Source: Acidobacteriota bacterium (GTDB taxonomy: Bacteria; Acidobacteriota; UBA6911; RPQK01; JAJDTT01). From it: DNA of 64,000 nt. Positions 60,765-64,000 of the stretch are shown piece after piece (the first letter of the stretch is position 1; each line of letters starts with the position of its first letter). Where the stretch lies: the NCBI GenBank assembly GCA_965217775.1, contig CBDCJH010000002.1, forward strand, positions 416,001 through 480,000, given 5' to 3'. Made by a program: the position numbers and the translations under genes. The notes beneath the pieces are model-generated. The model saw only the letters and a list, made by a program, of their open reading frames with translations, had not been told where the DNA came from and did not search any database.

Positions 60765-62035
60765 GTTGGGCGGTCGCCCTTTTGTTGGCGCTCTCTCTCC
60801 TGATTCTCCTCTTTCTCTCGGTGGTCGAGACTGCCGTCATTCGACTCTCCCGCCTGACTCTCAGGATACTTTCGAAGCGGGAGTCGACTCGGGAACCGGG
60901 TCTCGTGGGGACCATTACCTCGGACCGGAGCCGTTTCCTGCTTCCGGTTCGCTTGGTGCTTCTCTCTTTACAGATCACGCTGGTCGTCTTCACCACGGGA
61001 TTCTTCCTTAAGCTCCGGCCCGAGCAGGGAGCATCGTGGGCGCTGCTGGTGCTGCTGTCGGCCTTTGGGTTGGTGCTGTTGGTGATTCCCATCATCGCGA
61101 CCCGGTATCCGGAACAGGCCCTGTTGCGGCTGGTGCCGGTGCTTTCCCGGTGTTACCCCTTCATGGCATGGATCAGTCGTCCCCTGGCCTCGTTGCTCAA
61201 GCCCTTCGAGCGCGCATCCGCCAACGGTGACGAAACGGGAGGCCAGGAGGAAGAATCGACGGAAGACGAGTTTGAAGCCTACGTGGATGTCGGTGAGGAG
61301 GAGGGGATCATCGAGGGCCGGGAAGGTGACCTGATCCTTTCGGCGCTGGAGTTCGGGAACACTCGGGTCAGGGAGATCATGACTCCCCGAACCCAGGTCG
61401 TGGCGACTTCCCAGACCACGACCGTCTCCGAGATGCGGGATCTCATCGTCTCCCGGAAGCATTCCCGAATTCCGGTCTATCGAAAGGGTCTGGATGACGT
61501 CGTTGGCGTCGTCTACGTGCGAAATCTGCTCTCCTATCTCAACGCGGAGAGTGGTGACGAACCGGTGACGCTGCTGATGACGCCGCCGTTGTTCGTTCCT
61601 GAGACCAAGAAGGTGGCGGACCTGTTTCGGGAAATGCAGAGAAGCGCCGAGCACATTGCCATCGTCATCAACGAGTACGGGGCGGTCAGTGGACTGGTGA
61701 GCATCGAGGATCTGATCGAGGAGATCGTGGGCGAGATCCGGGATGAAGACGAGTTGCAGTTGGTGGATCTGGTTGCCGAGGGGGAAGGGAGCTACATCGT
61801 CCGTGGCGCAGCCGAAATCGAGAATCTGGAGAAGGCTTTGGGGCTGAGCCTGGGGGACACCCACTTTACGACGGTTTCGGGCGTCGTCGTCTCCCAGATG
61901 GGCCGGGTTCCGCATCCGGGCGAGACCACCGATATCAACGGCATCCGAGTCGAGGTTCTCACCGCCGATCAGAGAAGGATCAACACCCTGCGGATCCGCT
62001 TGGCGCTGGCGGGGCATGCCCCCCCTGGGGCCTGA
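60761..62035 (+). CDS. CNNM/CBS/CorC (hemolysin-family) protein
   Basis: N-terminal TMs, VREIMTPR, HSRIPVY, EDLIEEIVGEIRDE. Confidence 0.88.
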   Translation: MSWAVALLLALSLLILLFLSVVETAVIRLSRLTLRILSKRESTREPGLVGTITSDRSRFLLPVRLVLLSLQITLVVFTTGFFLKLRPEQGASWALLVLLSAFGLVLLVIPIIATRYPEQALLRLVPVLSRCYPFMAWISRPLASLLKPFERASANGDETGGQEEESTEDEFEAYVDVGEEEGIIEGREGDLILSALEFGNTRVREIMTPRTQVVATSQTTTVSEMRDLIVSRKHSRIPVYRKGLDDVVGVVYVRNLLSYLNAESGDEPVTLLMTPPLFVPETKKVADLFREMQRSAEHIAIVINEYGAVSGLVSIEDLIEEIVGEIRDEDELQLVDLVAEGEGSYIVRGAAEIENLEKALGLSLGDTHFTTVSGVVVSQMGRVPHPGETTDINGIRVEVLTADQRRINTLRIRLALAGHAPPGA

Positions 62036-62196
62036 CCGGGAGATACTGATTTCTGACGTGGTCGTGCCTGCGGACTGGATCCAATTCGTCATACACTCAA
62101 CGACCCGTTGAAAAGTTCGGGCCATTATTCCTTGAATGCCGAGGCAGCTCTTGCCGGCGGCCGGCGTGAACAATGAAGGACCGGTGACAACATCCC

Positions 62197-63279
62197 ATGT
62201 CCGCCTCCGCCTCTGACGTCCGTTTCATGCGCCGCGCTCTCCAGCTTGCCCGGCGAGGCGCCGGCCGGGTGAGTCCCAACCCCATGGTGGGAGCCGTGGT
62301 CGTGGGGGACGGCCAGATCGTGGGCGAGGGCTATCATCTCTACCGGAAACTCCATCACGCCGAGGTGGTCGCTCTGGACCGGGCCGGAAGCCGCGCCCGA
62401 GGAGCCACCCTGTATGTCACCCTGGAGCCCTGTGCCCATTGGGGCCGGACGCCTCCCTGCATGCAGAGAGTCGCCGAAGCCGGGATCCGGGAAGTCTTCG
62501 TAGCCGTGACCGACCCCTCGCCCCAAGTGGCGGGCAAGGGAATGCGGTACCTTCGTTCGCGCGGAATTCGAGTCCATGAGGGACTGTGTGATGAAGAGGC
62601 GCGCCGGCTCAACGAAGCCTTCTTCTTCTTCGTCAGACACGGGAGACCCTACTGCCTGCTCAAGCTGGCTCTCACGTTGGACGGCCGGATCGCCGCCCCG
62701 GGCGGCGATTCCAAGTGGATCACAGGCGAGAAGGCGAGGCGTCATGTGCACCGCCACCGTTTTCTCTACGACGCCATTCTGGTGGGAATAGAGACCGTCC
62801 TGACGGACGATCCCTCCCTGGATGTCCGCTGGAGGTCGAGGAAGCGGATCCGGAAGGTGATTCTGGATTCTCGACTACGGACCCCGGTGAACTCCAGGCT
62901 CTTCCAGTCGGGTGATCCCGTATGGATCTTTCACAGTTGTCCATGTCCGCCCGACAGTCCCCTCGCGGCCAGGGCACGTCTGGTACGCGTCCCGCGAGAG
63001 GGACCGTTTCTTTCCTGGCCGGCGGTGCTGGAGTCTCTGGGCCGGGATTCCATCACCAGTCTCATCGTCGAGGGAGGCGGCCAGGTCGCCGGATCGTCCC
63101 TGCAGGCCGGTGTCATCCAGCGGCTCCACTTCTACTATGGGCCCAAGATCCTCGGCAGCAGGGGTGTCCCGGGAGTAGGAAAGCTCGCGGTCGGCCGCCT
63201 CGCCGATGCGCTCACCGTCTCCGGTCTCAAGGTCAAGAGACTGGGTCAGGATTTCCTGCTGGACGGAAATTTGGAGTAG
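62197..63279 (+). CDS. ribD: Riboflavin biosynthesis deaminase/reductase
   Basis: PNPMVG, HAE, TLEPC..TPPC, TLDGRIA, SKWITG. Confidence 0.95.
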   Translation: MSASASDVRFMRRALQLARRGAGRVSPNPMVGAVVVGDGQIVGEGYHLYRKLHHAEVVALDRAGSRARGATLYVTLEPCAHWGRTPPCMQRVAEAGIREVFVAVTDPSPQVAGKGMRYLRSRGIRVHEGLCDEEARRLNEAFFFFVRHGRPYCLLKLALTLDGRIAAPGGDSKWITGEKARRHVHRHRFLYDAILVGIETVLTDDPSLDVRWRSRKRIRKVILDSRLRTPVNSRLFQSGDPVWIFHSCPCPPDSPLAARARLVRVPREGPFLSWPAVLESLGRDSITSLIVEGGGQVAGSSLQAGVIQRLHFYYGPKILGSRGVPGVGKLAVGRLADALTVSGLKVKRLGQDFLLDGNLE

Positions 63280-63314
63280 GTGACTGCGGCGCGTGCCGGA
63301 CCCGCCGCCCGAAG

Positions 63315-63911
63315 TCAGCGCCGGGCGCCTCTGGAAAAGAGGCGCCGTTCCAGGTCGGTCAGGTTGTACTGTTGCTCCAACTCCACCAATAGCGGGCGGA
63401 GGGTCTCGATTTGGTCCAGGTTCAAATGAACCTGGTCGATCAAGGGTTCCGGCGCAAATGACGTCCGAACCCGCCTTCCTGCGTTCCGGGCTCCCCGGAG
63501 AGCCGTGTAGTGGCCGAATGCTCGAATGGCCGGATAGAAGAAGAAGACGTTGGGTCCTGGAATGGGGGTGAGGAGGCTGCCCAGACCGGCGAGGACCACG
63601 TCCACCTTGAGCCAGGCGGAATGTTTCCGGCGTTGCCGGACCAAGAAGCGGTGCAGCAGTTTTCTTGCTGCCTCGCTGTCCATGCGGGTCGAGTGGCGCA
63701 CCTTCAGTTCGGGAACCTGGCGGAGAGCCGAACAGAGCCTCTCATCGTAGTCGAAGCGCTCTTCCAATCGCCGGTAAGTCGTGCGGATCCGATCTTGCAG
63801 CCGCGTCCACCGCGTGGTTGGATTCCGGCGCTGCGCTATGGCCGTTTTCGGCAATGGCTGCAACACGGGCAGCGCATCGCCCCGCCGCGACTCGAACAGC
63901 AGGAGATTCAT
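63315..63911 (-). CDS. Hypothetical protein
   Basis: Coherent ORF with LLTPIPGPNVFFFY hydrophobic motif; ATGA overlap with upstream gene. Confidence 0.6.
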   Translation of the reverse strand: MNLLLFESRRGDALPVLQPLPKTAIAQRRNPTTRWTRLQDRIRTTYRRLEERFDYDERLCSALRQVPELKVRHSTRMDSEAARKLLHRFLVRQRRKHSAWLKVDVVLAGLGSLLTPIPGPNVFFFYPAIRAFGHYTALRGARNAGRRVRTSFAPEPLIDQVHLNLDQIETLRPLLVELEQQYNLTDLERRLFSRGARR

Positions 63912-64000
63912 GTGGCCTTCACCCGCATCCCGGACCGTTCCAGGTAGGTTCGAATCCGGCGCTCCGGGCTCTCGGCTCCCGCAACGTCGGAGATCACCGC
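63908..64000 (-). CDS. 3' end of a gene, possibly thiamine-phosphate synthase
   Basis: AVISDVAGAESPERRIRTYL resembles ThiE C-termini; only 30 residues visible. Confidence 0.4.
   Translation of the reverse strand, partial: AVISDVAGAESPERRIRTYLERSGMRVKAT

Noticed and set aside
62036-62196. FMN riboswitch upstream of ribD
   Set aside because: No recognisable RFN conserved motifs

Overview
High-GC bacterial window, most likely Acidobacteriota (inferred from two GWxTD proteins, Oar-like TonB-dependent receptors and a CRTAC1/ASPIC protein). About 1-50 kb is catabolic/transport accessory DNA: TonB receptors, three CocE/NonD hydrolases, two SSS symporters, enolase-superfamily enzymes, hydantoinase/oxoprolinase, a 2-oxoacid dehydrogenase and a sulfatase, with an eroded defence islet at about 21.7-25 kb. 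About 52-64 kb is core genome (dgt, yceD, rpmF, fabD, fabG, acpP, fabF, 7TM-HD, ybeY, CBS/CorC, ribD). The standout is a 1244-bp element (2915-4158) encoding only a TnpB with intact RuvC motifs. It is bounded by 22-bp terminal inverted repeats (TIRs) and an 8-bp target-site duplication (TSD), and its TIRs nearly match those of an autonomous IS1595 element 25 kb away (29385-31146). Its predicted omegaRNA appears to use the IS1595 TIR as terminal hairpin and pseudoknot. This suggests an RNA-guided nuclease rewired into a DDE cut-and-paste transposon; structure and function are predicted by eye and untested. A 160-bp MITE family and a REP-doublet cassette upstream of both GWxTD genes are also present. 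No CRISPR array was seen.
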